This document shows, one piece after another, positions 41,326 to 50,176 of a DNA stretch of 64,000 bases. The DNA is from Bacteroidota bacterium (GTDB lineage: Bacteria > Bacteroidota > Bacteroidia > 2-12-FULL-35-15), in assembly GCA_040387415.1 (NCBI GenBank), contig JAZKDU010000004.1:185231-249230 (forward strand), in the 5' to 3' direction. The notes below the pieces were generated by a model, which worked only from the letters and a program-made list of their open reading frames with translations, was not told the DNA's origin and did not search any database. Every line of letters starts with the position of its first letter. The stretch's first letter is position 1. Made by a program: the position numbers and the translations under genes.

Positions 41326-42768
41326 CTAGAATTTGGTGCCCAGGGTCAGCATAAAGCTTGAATTTCTATAATTGTTCTTTACAGAAGAAACATAGGAAGG
41401 ATCATACAAATAATTATATTCTGTATACTGGGTAAGCACATAAGCGAAATCAATAAAATAATTGTTTTCTCTGAACCCTACACCAAGCGTATAGCTTGAT
41501 CTGTTTGCATTCACATTTTCGTCATTTTTGAATGGGCTGCCATATAAGGCATAACCTGCTCTGAAGCTGAATGGATCAAATCGTACTTCACCACCTACTC
41601 TTAAGTTTCCGGCTGAGGTGTATTTTGAACGTATTGTTCTGTTTACAGGTGAAAACACATTAGGGCTTGAATTCAGCTGAGCGTAGGTATAATCCACATA
41701 TTCATAATCCACATTCAATAAAGCTATTTTCCCAATTACAAACCCTAAACTTCCTATTGCTCTAAACGGAGTAGTGATACGGTAGTCGAAAGATCCTTTC
41801 GGAGATATAGTATCGTAGCTTACACCTTCCAGATCCGATTTCATGGAACTGGAGTATTTATCGTTAAAACCAATGCTGGTAGGTGTATGCACAGCAGCTC
41901 CTATTCTCAACCATTCCGTTGGTTTTACGATGGCACCAAATTTCATGTTTACTCCGCTTCCTTTTGCAGTAAGATCCTGCGTGTAGGTAAAGGATTTGAA
42001 GTTTGAAATGGAGTCATTTGCGTCTATTTCCTCATAAACGGATTCCTCCACATATCTTGCATTTACAAAGCCGATGGTAGCTCCTACAAATAGCTTATTA
42101 CGATAGTTTCCGCCAAAGCTTACTACTGTTTCACCCATAGAACCTCTTGTTTCCACCGATTTGCGCTGCTGCTGGCCATAACCCGCCACCACGTGATTAT
42201 ACAGGTTTGTTCCATTGGTATCCGGATTAATCAGATACGTTTCCCAGGCTAAACCGGTCGAAAACTGGTCGAAGCTGGAGGGGGCATTTCCATTTGCGCT
42301 GGCAACATAGGTATCAAGCAGAGAGCTTGTTGCATTATCGCCCTCTACGCTCATCCGGTTATGGAAATTATTTGTTCTGTTGTAACCAAGTCCGAAATTT
42401 ACTGTTTCCCAGCCTCTTGTACTTTTGTCACCTCTGTTCCAGGTAGCGACCAAACCGATGTTCCCGAAATTGAAATTCAGCTTTCTGTCGCTGGATTCTA
42501 TGCTATTAAAAGTAGATGTTGTGCTTTGCGAAAAAATGGAAGGTGTTATGGAAATTTCGTTTTTACGAAACACCCCTATACCAGCCGGATTAAAGCTCAG
42601 TGTTGAAATATCACCACCCAAAGCGCCCATAGAGCCTGCCATAGAAGCGAAACGTGCTGTACCGCCAAAGGTTAATTGTGAGTAACGCATTGCGTCAATA
42701 TCATTTTGAGCGGTTATTGTAAGGGCATAAAGCAACCCTGTCCCTATTAGTAAGGCTTGTTTTTTCAT
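41326..42768 (-). CDS. FadL/OmpP1/TodX-family outer-membrane transport protein. Start trimmed to MKKQALLIG; the ORF track gives ..43053.
   Basis: Signal peptide MKKQALLIGTGLLYALTITAQ. The N-terminal hatch motif SQLTFGGTARFASMAGSMGALGGDISTLSFNPAGIG resembles the FadL-family G.G.A..G.AA..DD.S...NPA consensus. C-terminal F (...LGTKF). The 95-aa upstream extension overlaps the preceding gene and was rejected. Confidence 0.55.
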   Translation of the reverse strand: MKKQALLIGTGLLYALTITAQNDIDAMRYSQLTFGGTARFASMAGSMGALGGDISTLSFNPAGIGVFRKNEISITPSIFSQSTTSTFNSIESSDRKLNFNFGNIGLVATWNRGDKSTRGWETVNFGLGYNRTNNFHNRMSVEGDNATSSLLDTYVASANGNAPSSFDQFSTGLAWETYLINPDTNGTNLYNHVVAGYGQQQRKSVETRGSMGETVVSFGGNYRNKLFVGATIGFVNARYVEESVYEEIDANDSISNFKSFTYTQDLTAKGSGVNMKFGAIVKPTEWLRIGAAVHTPTSIGFNDKYSSSMKSDLEGVSYDTISPKGSFDYRITTPFRAIGSLGFVIGKIALLNVDYEYVDYTYAQLNSSPNVFSPVNRTIRSKYTSAGNLRVGGEVRFDPFSFRAGYALYGSPFKNDENVNANRSSYTLGVGFRENNYFIDFAYVLTQYTEYNYLYDPSYVSSVKNNYRNSSFMLTLGTKF

Positions 42769-42847
42769 ATGTATGGTTTTTATGAATTTTTGATAAAGCG
42801 TGCATTCAGAAATACTGGTTTTAATATCATCTGAATGCACACAAAAT

Positions 42848-44395
42848 TTATCTTCTTGGTCCTGATCCGTTATTTGAATTGCTCCTTTGAGGAGGTGCGC
42901 TTTGAGAAGGTGCCTGTTGAGGTGCACTGTTTCTTTGTTCCATTCTAGGCTGTTCATTGCGCGGCTGCTCATTTCTAGGGGCTGCCTGCTCGCGTTTAGG
43001 CTGTTGCTGCTCTTGTTTAGGTTGTTGTTCGTATTTAGGCTGCTGCGACTCACGTTTCGGCTGTTGTTGTTGTTGTTGTTGTTGTCTGTTTTGGTCGTAG
43101 TTTGGTTGTTGTTGCTTTACCGGTTGTTCAGTACGGGTTCTAACATCATTACTAGGCTTTGATTCTCCCGGTTTTGTTGTTGTATTCACTGGTCTGTCAT
43201 AAGCAGGCGCATTCTCTCTTGGCTTAGCTGTATTAGTATTGTTAAGCGGAGCAGGTCTGTTATTTTCTTTTGAATCAAACTTTTCCGTACCATTATTTTC
43301 TCTTGGTTTAGCAGTATTGTTGTTAAGCGGAGCAGGTCTGTTATTTTCTTTTGAATCAAACTTAGTTTCCGAACCGTTGTTTCTTGCAGGGTTACCACGT
43401 TCTGCAGGGCTTGAAGTGTTTTCCGGTCTTGCTTTTACATCGTTTTCACGCGATATATACGGGTTGTTGGTTCTTCCTTTGGTTGCTTCAAAAGGCTGTT
43501 TTGTTTCAGTTTCAACCGCTCTAATGTATTTGTGAGCTAATGTAGGCTGCGCAGTAGTACGTCCGTTTGAAGCAGTTGTACCTCTTGGACCATAATAGTA
43601 GCTGTTGTTATCATAGCTGTTAAAATAATTATTTGAATTTGCATCATAATACCCGTTGTTGTAACCATTCATATATCCCTGGTTATAAGCGTTTCCGTAA
43701 CCGTTCATGTAGGGGTTATATCCATAATAGCTGGAACCATAATAACCTCCGCCATATCCACCATACGGATTATAACTGTATGGAGTGTAAAAAGGATCGT
43801 ATCCCCAACCCTGGTTAGCATACCAGTACGAAGTAGGGTTATACGTAAATGTGGTATACGTTGGTCCCCAGAAATTGTATCCCATATAAACGCTTGTTCC
43901 GTAAGTATACGGGTTACCAGTATACCAGTAGGAGTTGGTGTAATAGTTATCGTAATAACCATACGAACCAACGTTGTTATGGAAACGTCTTAAACGTACT
44001 GAATATTCATCATCATAATAATCGTTATAGTCAAATGGCTGATCATAATAATTATTGGTAGTGTTGTTTATAGTAGTACCGTTACCATCAGTAGTCGTCT
44101 GGGTAGTGGTGGTAGACCTTGTTTCACTAGGCGTATAATAATCGTCCCCCGTAGTGGTTGTTTGTGACGATTGGTTTTTAGCCTGCTCCTGTCTTTGTCT
44201 TTCCTGTTCCGCTAATTGTTGTTGCCTTTCCTGTTCAGCCGCTAATCTGCGTTTTTCTTTATCTGCAGCAGCATCACTGGATGTATAATAAACATCATCA
44301 CTATACGTTTTGGATGTTGTAGTTCCCTGCTGCGATTTACATGATACCGATAACAAAGAAGTTGCAACTGCTAATGTGATTAAGGCCGTTTTCAT
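42848..44395 (-). CDS. extremely low-complexity lipoprotein: a Tyr/Gly/Asn-rich (about 35% Tyr) central domain followed by a Gln/Pro/Glu-rich repeat tail
   Basis: Lipoprotein signal MKTALITLAVATSLLSVSC. A coiled ERQQQLAEQERQRQEQ segment. About 150 aa of ...YGYYDNYYTNSYWYTGNPYTYG...YGGYGGGYYGSSYYGYNPYMNGYGNAYNQGY... A 2x 28-aa repeat E.KFDSKENNRPAPLNN.NTAKPREN. A QQQQQQQQ run and a PKxEQQ repeat tail. Confidence 0.6.
   Translation of the reverse strand: MKTALITLAVATSLLSVSCKSQQGTTTSKTYSDDVYYTSSDAAADKEKRRLAAEQERQQQLAEQERQRQEQAKNQSSQTTTTGDDYYTPSETRSTTTTQTTTDGNGTTINNTTNNYYDQPFDYNDYYDDEYSVRLRRFHNNVGSYGYYDNYYTNSYWYTGNPYTYGTSVYMGYNFWGPTYTTFTYNPTSYWYANQGWGYDPFYTPYSYNPYGGYGGGYYGSSYYGYNPYMNGYGNAYNQGYMNGYNNGYYDANSNNYFNSYDNNSYYYGPRGTTASNGRTTAQPTLAHKYIRAVETETKQPFEATKGRTNNPYISRENDVKARPENTSSPAERGNPARNNGSETKFDSKENNRPAPLNNNTAKPRENNGTEKFDSKENNRPAPLNNTNTAKPRENAPAYDRPVNTTTKPGESKPSNDVRTRTEQPVKQQQPNYDQNRQQQQQQQQPKRESQQPKYEQQPKQEQQQPKREQAAPRNEQPRNEQPRMEQRNSAPQQAPSQSAPPQRSNSNNGSGPRR
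43217..43385. repeat. 2x 84-bp direct tandem repeat (coding) plus an adjacent (TTG)7/(CAA)7 microsatellite at 43064..43084
   Basis: tcttggyttagcwgtattrktrttgttaagcggagcaggtctgttattttcttttgaatcaaactt is repeated with few mismatches. ttgttgttgttgttgttgttg encodes polyQ on the minus strand. Confidence 0.75.
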
Positions 44396-44514
44396 TGTGT
44401 TGTATTTTTAGTTTCTTTTAATTTGACAAATACTTCGGCAAAAGGTTTAATTTTTTACTTTTGTTGTATAAGTCAAACGTAAAATTACAAATACTATACC
44501 ACAAATTAAAAAGT

Positions 44515-45987
44515 ATGAGCAAAGAAATCCCATCACGCGACAAAAATTACTCTGAATGGTACAATGAATTGGTTATAAAGGCAGACTTAGCAGAGCATTC
44601 AGCGGTAAAGGGTTGTATGGTAATAAAACCTTACGGATATGCAATTTGGGAGAAAATGCAGCAGGCTTTAGATAAAATGTTCAAAGATACAGGCCATGTA
44701 AATGCTTATTTTCCATTGTTTATTCCAAAATCGTTTTTTAGTAAGGAAGCAAGCCACGTAGAAGGTTTCGCAAAGGAATGTGCTGTGGTTACTCATTATC
44801 GCTTAAAGACTGCGCCAGATGGCAGTATTGTAGTGGATGAAACAGCCAAGCTGGAAGAAGAATTAATTGTAAGGCCTACCTCGGAAACCATTATATGGAA
44901 CACCTACAAAGGCTGGATTCAATCGTATCGTGATTTACCAATATTAGTGAACCAATGGGCGAACGTAGTACGCTGGGAGATGCGTACGCGTTTATTCTTA
45001 AGAACTACTGAGTTTTTATGGCAGGAGGGGCATACCGCTCATGCAACGGCACAGGAGGCGATTGCTGAAACAGAGCAAATGCTGGAAGTGTATGCTGAAT
45101 TTGCAGAAAAATGGATGGCAATGCCGGTTATTAAAGGTATAAAAACCCCTAATGAGCGTTTTGCAGGTGCTTTGGAAACATATTGTATTGAGAGTATGAT
45201 GCAGGATGGAAAAGCATTGCAGGCAGGTACCTCACACTTTTTAGGTCAGAATTTCGCGAAAGCGTTTGATGTAAAATTTGCTAATAAGGAAGGCAAGCAG
45301 GATTTTGTTTGGGCTACGTCCTGGGGTGTTTCCACTCGTTTAATGGGAGCTTTGGTGATGTCGCATTCAGATGATAAAGGATTGGTGCTGCCACCTAAAT
45401 TAGCGCCTTTCCAGGTAGTTATTGTTCCTATTTATAAAGGGGATGAACAGCTTGCTCAAATCAGCGAGGTGGTTCTGAAAATGAAAAAAGAAATGGAAGC
45501 GAAAGGGATCTCTGTAAAGTATGATAACAGGGATACGCAGCGTCCGGGCTGGAAATTTGCAGAATACGAATTAAAAGGTGTTCCTGTGCGTATTGCAATA
45601 GGAGCGAGGGATTTGGAGAATGGAACCGTAGAAGTGGCACGCAGAGATACTTTAGAGAAAGAAACGCTTCAGCAGGCAGACTTAGCAACCAAAATTGAGC
45701 ATTTATTGGAGCAGATACAGGATAACTTATATCAAAAAGCCATTGCCATGCGTGAAGCAAAAACCTTCAATGCGGATACGTATGCTGAATTTAAAGAAAT
45801 ACTGGATGCAACACCGGGCTTTATTATGGCGCATTGGGATGGAACAAGTGAAACGGAACAAAAAATAAAAGAGGAAACAAAAGCAACCATTCGTTGTATT
45901 CCATTAAATAATAAGGAGGAAGCCGGGGTTTGTATTTATTCAGGTAAGCCATCTGCACAGCGTGTTGTTTTTGCAAGATCATATTAG
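44515..45987 (+). CDS. proS: proline--tRNA ligase, archaeal/eukaryotic-like type found in Bacteroidota. Start trimmed to [10 protein letters not shown].
   Basis: [27 protein letters not shown]... the class II aaRS core, and the C-terminal Zn-binding-like ending. About 490 aa. Confidence 0.9.
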   Translation: MSKEIPSRDKNYSEWYNELVIKADLAEHSAVKGCMVIKPYGYAIWEKMQQALDKMFKDTGHVNAYFPLFIPKSFFSKEASHVEGFAKECAVVTHYRLKTAPDGSIVVDETAKLEEELIVRPTSETIIWNTYKGWIQSYRDLPILVNQWANVVRWEMRTRLFLRTTEFLWQEGHTAHATAQEAIAETEQMLEVYAEFAEKWMAMPVIKGIKTPNERFAGALETYCIESMMQDGKALQAGTSHFLGQNFAKAFDVKFANKEGKQDFVWATSWGVSTRLMGALVMSHSDDKGLVLPPKLAPFQVVIVPIYKGDEQLAQISEVVLKMKKEMEAKGISVKYDNRDTQRPGWKFAEYELKGVPVRIAIGARDLENGTVEVARRDTLEKETLQQADLATKIEHLLEQIQDNLYQKAIAMREAKTFNADTYAEFKEILDATPGFIMAHWDGTSETEQKIKEETKATIRCIPLNNKEEAGVCIYSGKPSAQRVVFARSY

Positions 45988-46162
45988 TACATTGTACTTT
46001 ATAAATGAACACGGTTTTTGAATTGTTAAAATTTTATTTTTTATCTGATTTTTAATAACATTATTGTTTTTTAAACGTTAACACATATTTATTGAACGTA
46101 AATTGGTGAAAATAGAGCAGCCCATTTCATGAAAAGTGCTGTAATAACAAAAATTTAAGAAA

Positions 46163-46855
46163 ATGGATAAACCGTCATCACACGATCTTATTATAAAAAC
46201 GCTTAAGGAGAAGTCTGTTATGAAGCAGGATGTTTATGATAAAACATTCCAGGCTTTTAAGAGCATGAAAGCGACAGCGAAACAGATGGTGGCCGATTTT
46301 AAAAGTGAAATAGCAGCCGTTGACAAACGCATTGTTCTGGAATACAGGGATAAAGGAGAATTTGAGTTTGAATTAAGGGTAGCAGGCGATTTACTGATCT
46401 TTGCCATGCATACCAATGTTTTTGAATTTGATAAGGCTCACCAGGTTTGGAAAAGTTCTTATGTTAAGGAGGATCATGCCCGTTCTTTTTGCGGAATTAT
46501 TAATATTTATAACTTTTTAAATGATTCTTTTACCTATAACAGGATCAATGATTTGGGTTATGTGATTGGAAGAGTGTTTGTTAACAAAGAAAATCATTAT
46601 TTTATTGAGGGTAAGCGTCAGCTTGGTTTCTTATATAATGATTTTGTTCATGCCGTAATGGATGAGGCAGCAATTAAGGCCATATTGGAGTCAACTATTT
46701 TGTATTGTCTTAATTTTGACCTCTTTACGCCTCCGTTTGATACGATAAAGGAGGTTTCTGTATCAGATATGCAGGCGGCAAGTGAGAACATGCAAATAAA
46801 AACTGGAAAGCGCCTGGGATTCCGTTTTCAGGTGGATAGTGACGAAATTGATTGA
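46163..46855 (+). CDS. hypothetical protein (230 aa), no recognisable domain
   Basis: Clean ORF with typical codon usage between proS and tRNA-Glu. No motifs recognised. Confidence 0.45.
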   Translation: MDKPSSHDLIIKTLKEKSVMKQDVYDKTFQAFKSMKATAKQMVADFKSEIAAVDKRIVLEYRDKGEFEFELRVAGDLLIFAMHTNVFEFDKAHQVWKSSYVKEDHARSFCGIINIYNFLNDSFTYNRINDLGYVIGRVFVNKENHYFIEGKRQLGFLYNDFVHAVMDEAAIKAILESTILYCLNFDLFTPPFDTIKEVSVSDMQAASENMQIKTGKRLGFRFQVDSDEID

Positions 46856-46882
46856 TTTTTTTAAGAATTTTGTTAAAAAAAT

Positions 46883-46912
46883 TTGGAGAAATAATTATTT
46901 TCTGTACATTTG
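46883..46912 (+). promoter_or_regulatory. candidate promoter for tRNA-Glu (TTG ... N19 ... TACATTTG)
   Basis: TTG at 46883-46885 and TACATTTG at 46905-46912, 20 nt upstream of the tRNA 5' end. Fits the Bacteroidetes -33/-7 consensus. Confidence 0.4.
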
Positions 46913-46931
46913 CACTCCCAAATTAAAAAAT

Positions 46932-47003
46932 GGCCCGTTCGTCTAGGGGTTAGGACGCCAGGTTTTCATCCTGGTAAGAGGGGTTCGATTCCCCTACGGG
47001 CTA
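46932..47003 (+). tRNA. tRNA-Glu (anticodon TTC)
   Basis: ggcccgttcgtctaggggttaggacgccaggttttcatcctggtaagaggggttcgattcccctacgggcta. Cloverleaf with a D-arm, anticodon stem ccagg/cctgg, loop ttTTCat, T-arm GGTTCGATTCC, and a 7-bp acceptor stem. CCA is not encoded. Confidence 0.85.
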
Positions 47004-47065
47004 CAGTATATTAAAATAGAGTAATTGTTATTGGCTTGTTAGCCAATAACTTAAAAAAAACAAAG

Positions 47066-47323
47066 ATGGCAAATCACAAATCCAGTATCAAAAGAATTCG
47101 TTCTAACGATGCTAAAAGATTAAAAAACCGTTACCAGGCAAAAACAATGCGTAATGCAGTGAAGGATTTAAGAACAGATGAAGTAAAAGCATCTGCAACT
47201 GAAAAACTTCCTAAAGTTGTTGCAATGGTTGATAAATTAGCTAAGAAAAACGTTATTCATAAAAATAAAGCAGCTAATTTGAAATCAAAATTGACTAAAA
47301 AGGTTAATGCTTTAAAAAAGTAA
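47066..47323 (+). CDS. rpsT: 30S ribosomal protein S20. Start trimmed to [12 protein letters not shown].
   Basis: [24 protein letters not shown]... is the canonical S20 N-terminus. About 85 aa, basic. Confidence 0.9.
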   Translation: MANHKSSIKRIRSNDAKRLKNRYQAKTMRNAVKDLRTDEVKASATEKLPKVVAMVDKLAKKNVIHKNKAANLKSKLTKKVNALKK

Positions 47324-47365
47324 TTTTTTAATAAGATTAGGTTTTAATTCCAATTTGGAATATAA

Positions 47366-47398
47366 AGAGGCTTCGCTATGCGAAGCCTCTTTTGTTTT
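47366..47398 (+). terminator. rho-independent terminator after rpsT
   Basis: gaggcttcgc-tat-gcgaagcctc is a perfect 10-bp GC-rich stem, followed by ttttgttttt. Confidence 0.8.
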
Positions 47399-47486
47399 TG
47401 CTTATTTTTAAGGAATTATTGCGAAAAGTATTGCTGTTTTATCAAAGATATGTGAAGTTGGAATTTTCATTTTAAACTAAATTTTA

Positions 47487-48185
47487 ATGGAAGACTACAA
47501 ACAAATCTTAGGTATAAAATCATGGGCAGAAGAAGATCGGCCGCGTGAAAAGTTAATGGATAAAGGCCGCCAAGTACTTACAGAAGCGGAATTGATCGCA
47601 ATTTTAATTGGTTCCGGCAGCAGGGATGAAACAGCCGTAGAACTATCTAAACGGATACTAGCAAGTGTTGGCAATAATTTGAATGAGCTTGGAAAGCTAT
47701 CCGTCCAGGAGCTGAATAAGTTTAAAGGCATTGGTGACGCTAAAGCCATCAGTATTGTAGCAGCACTCGAATTAGGAAGAAGAAGAAAGGATACTGAAAC
47801 GGTTAAACGTGTTAAAATCACTGCCAGCAAGGATGTGTATGATCTCATGAAACCATCGATGATGGACCTGCCTCATGAGGAGTTTTGGATGCTGGTACTG
47901 AATAGGGCTAACCTGGTCATTAAAAAAGAGTTGATTAGCCGCGGAGGTGTTGCCGGTACAGTGGTTGATACCAAAATAATCTTTAAGACTGCTTGTGAAA
48001 ATTATGCCAGTTCCATTATTATTTGCCACAATCATCCTTCAGGCAACCTGAAACCGAGTGATGCAGATATTAAAATTACCAAGAATATTAAGGAGGCGGG
48101 TAAAATTATGGAGATACCCCTGCTGGATCACTTGATCATCACCGAAAACGGTTTTTATAGTTTTGGCGATGAGGGGATGATTTAG
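47487..48185 (+). CDS. radC: RadC-family JAB/MPN-domain protein (UPF0758)
   Basis: N-terminal ...EDRPREKL and HhH region ELIAILIGSG. C-terminal JAMM motif ...IICHNHPSGNLKPSDAD... Confidence 0.85.
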   Translation: MEDYKQILGIKSWAEEDRPREKLMDKGRQVLTEAELIAILIGSGSRDETAVELSKRILASVGNNLNELGKLSVQELNKFKGIGDAKAISIVAALELGRRRKDTETVKRVKITASKDVYDLMKPSMMDLPHEEFWMLVLNRANLVIKKELISRGGVAGTVVDTKIIFKTACENYASSIIICHNHPSGNLKPSDADIKITKNIKEAGKIMEIPLLDHLIITENGFYSFGDEGMI

Positions 48186-50165
48186 TTATCTTTTTTTATA
48201 CTTGTTTTTTACTTTATTTACCCCTGTTTTTATTTTTTTACAATTGGTTAATTGCTTTTTGTTGGCCGCTTTCAGGGCTTTAAAATGCCTTGTGGTGTAA
48301 CTGCTCCTTACTAAGAACATCTGGGTTTCAATCTGTTTCTCATTCACGTACGCAGCCTCTTCTTTATGGGTGCGTTTCACCTGCTTTTTGCATAACTTTT
48401 GTACACGCTTAAATTTTTTGCGGAGCATACTTTTTTCAGTAAGTTCGGTATATTCCTTTAATTCTTTTTCATACAGACTTTTATTATTCTCGTATGGCCT
48501 TGAGAAATCGTTTCCGGTTAAACATGCTTTTTTTAGTTTTATATACTCATCGGAAACAGCCTGATGATACATATAAAGATCATCAAAGGCTTTTTTTAAT
48601 TCAATTAAGTGATTGTAAAAAACAGTAATGATAAATCCCTGGTTTCGCTCTATTAGCAGGGAGTCATCATCAAATTTTTCTTCCATTAAATCATCTTTTT
48701 CTTTTCTGATGTTATAATCAAGATCATCTTCGTAGGATATTCGGGCGGTGTACAGTATTTCAGCAATATTTTTATTGAATTTTGAACATAGTGAATAGGC
48801 CCTGATCCTTTTAGAACAGAAGGTATACAGGCTGTCCAGTTCTTTAAATTTTCTGGTGATTTTAATTTCGGTTTTTTTGATGGAATCATGCAGGGTCTCC
48901 ACTTTTTGAGCAGAGGCAACGGAGTCTGCATAGTTACTTTTGGGTGAGTATTTTGACTCATAGAATTTTTTATCATCCTGAATCCGTTTTAACTGAGTTC
49001 TGCTTCCCTTCAAGATTCTTTTAGGCACTCGTTTTCCAACAGCACATAATTTTTTACCTGCCGCCAGGTTATTGGCAGCAACCTTTGTGGACATGATCAG
49101 GCGCTGGTTTTCTGCTGTAAGAATGTTTTTTTTCTTCTCGCTGTTTTTTAGCTGTTCTGTTTTTTGAACCGATAAAAAATACGAATTGCTGTCGAAATGC
49201 ATTGTTGCCTGGCTTACTACAAATTCAATTGTATCCAGCTGTCTTAGCAAGGCAATTGTATCAGTCGTTTGAAGATTAAGCGTTTTAAAATCAATAGTGG
49301 CAAGCTGTTCATAGCTTTTTCCTATAGAAAACTGATTCTTGTGATTGTAATAATAACAACGGAAGCCGTCAGAAATAATCCTGGGCTCGGGCCTTAGATA
49401 AACAATCCGCATTCGGTCGTCCTGCCTGTTATCATTAAAGATTGAATAAGATTCATCATATATACCCAGATAATATGAATTATCTGCTTCTGCCTGTTCA
49501 ATGGTTCTTTCGGTGTTTGTCAGCTGCCATAGCGGATCCGCAGGTATATGGTCGGTTTTGAAAAAATTGCCGGTTCTATACAAGTAGGTGTCATGAGGAG
49601 AGCTTATAAAATGAGGTTTGTATTTTATTCGGTCGGAATTACCAAGTGTTAGAATGTGAATGACCCAGCCCCATAAAGTACGTTTGCTGTATTTAAAATA
49701 TCCCGCATCCCAGCTGACATCTAACAGTTTCCATTGGTCATCAATGTATACAGCATTCCATTCATGTTCGTCAATATAAAATTTATCTTTCCAGTCAATA
49801 TTTTTATTTTTTACATAACCGGGTATAGTAACGGATTTGATGTTAGCACTTTTACAAAGCTGATTAAAAAGCTCGCTGTATCCTATGGATGTTGCTTTAC
49901 GTTTGCGTAATATCTTTTTTGCCGGCAGGCGGGTGTTATCAAAGGCGAGATATTTTTTTACATCATACTTAATGTTATGGGCCATCCAGCTGTGGATAGC
50001 ATATACTTTTGCACTGTCGGTACTGAGGTGATCTGTAAGGCGATAGGCTAAGGTATGCGTTTCTAATGCCCAGAAATAGGGCACAAATTTATGACCTTTT
50101 GTTTTTTGTGAAAACCCGTTTGAGATTGAAAAGGAGGAAAGAATGATTAAAAAAAATGAGCGCAT
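48186..50165 (-). CDS. secreted transglutaminase-like domain protein with a Cys-to-Ser substitution at the canonical nucleophile position and a long Lys-rich coiled-coil C-terminus. Start chosen at MRSFFLII; an alternative start is 50183.
   Basis: Signal peptide MRSFFLIILSSFSISNGFSQ. The transglutaminase-like core KATSIGYSELFNQLCKSANIKSVTIPGYV ... HEWNAVYIDDQWKLLDVSWD follows the G.C..YA.LF...R..GIP.R.V.G / H.W.EVY...W...D pattern, but with Ser in place of the catalytic Cys. The C-terminal 350 aa are K/E-rich helical. Confidence 0.5.
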   Translation of the reverse strand: MRSFFLIILSSFSISNGFSQKTKGHKFVPYFWALETHTLAYRLTDHLSTDSAKVYAIHSWMAHNIKYDVKKYLAFDNTRLPAKKILRKRKATSIGYSELFNQLCKSANIKSVTIPGYVKNKNIDWKDKFYIDEHEWNAVYIDDQWKLLDVSWDAGYFKYSKRTLWGWVIHILTLGNSDRIKYKPHFISSPHDTYLYRTGNFFKTDHIPADPLWQLTNTERTIEQAEADNSYYLGIYDESYSIFNDNRQDDRMRIVYLRPEPRIISDGFRCYYYNHKNQFSIGKSYEQLATIDFKTLNLQTTDTIALLRQLDTIEFVVSQATMHFDSNSYFLSVQKTEQLKNSEKKKNILTAENQRLIMSTKVAANNLAAGKKLCAVGKRVPKRILKGSRTQLKRIQDDKKFYESKYSPKSNYADSVASAQKVETLHDSIKKTEIKITRKFKELDSLYTFCSKRIRAYSLCSKFNKNIAEILYTARISYEDDLDYNIRKEKDDLMEEKFDDDSLLIERNQGFIITVFYNHLIELKKAFDDLYMYHQAVSDEYIKLKKACLTGNDFSRPYENNKSLYEKELKEYTELTEKSMLRKKFKRVQKLCKKQVKRTHKEEAAYVNEKQIETQMFLVRSSYTTRHFKALKAANKKQLTNCKKIKTGVNKVKNKYKKR

Positions 50166-50176
50166 AGCTGTCAGCC

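Noticed and set aside
42769-43053. 95-aa N-terminal extension of the FadL-like ORF (MSRSSLNTNN...), and likewise the 49-aa extension of yicC and the 12-36-aa extensions of giant 2, proS, rpsT, the S8 peptidase, the GEVED protein and the P-domain protein
   Set aside because: Each has an internal Met that starts a canonical signal peptide or a known family N-terminus. The extensions overlap neighbouring genes or promoter regions.
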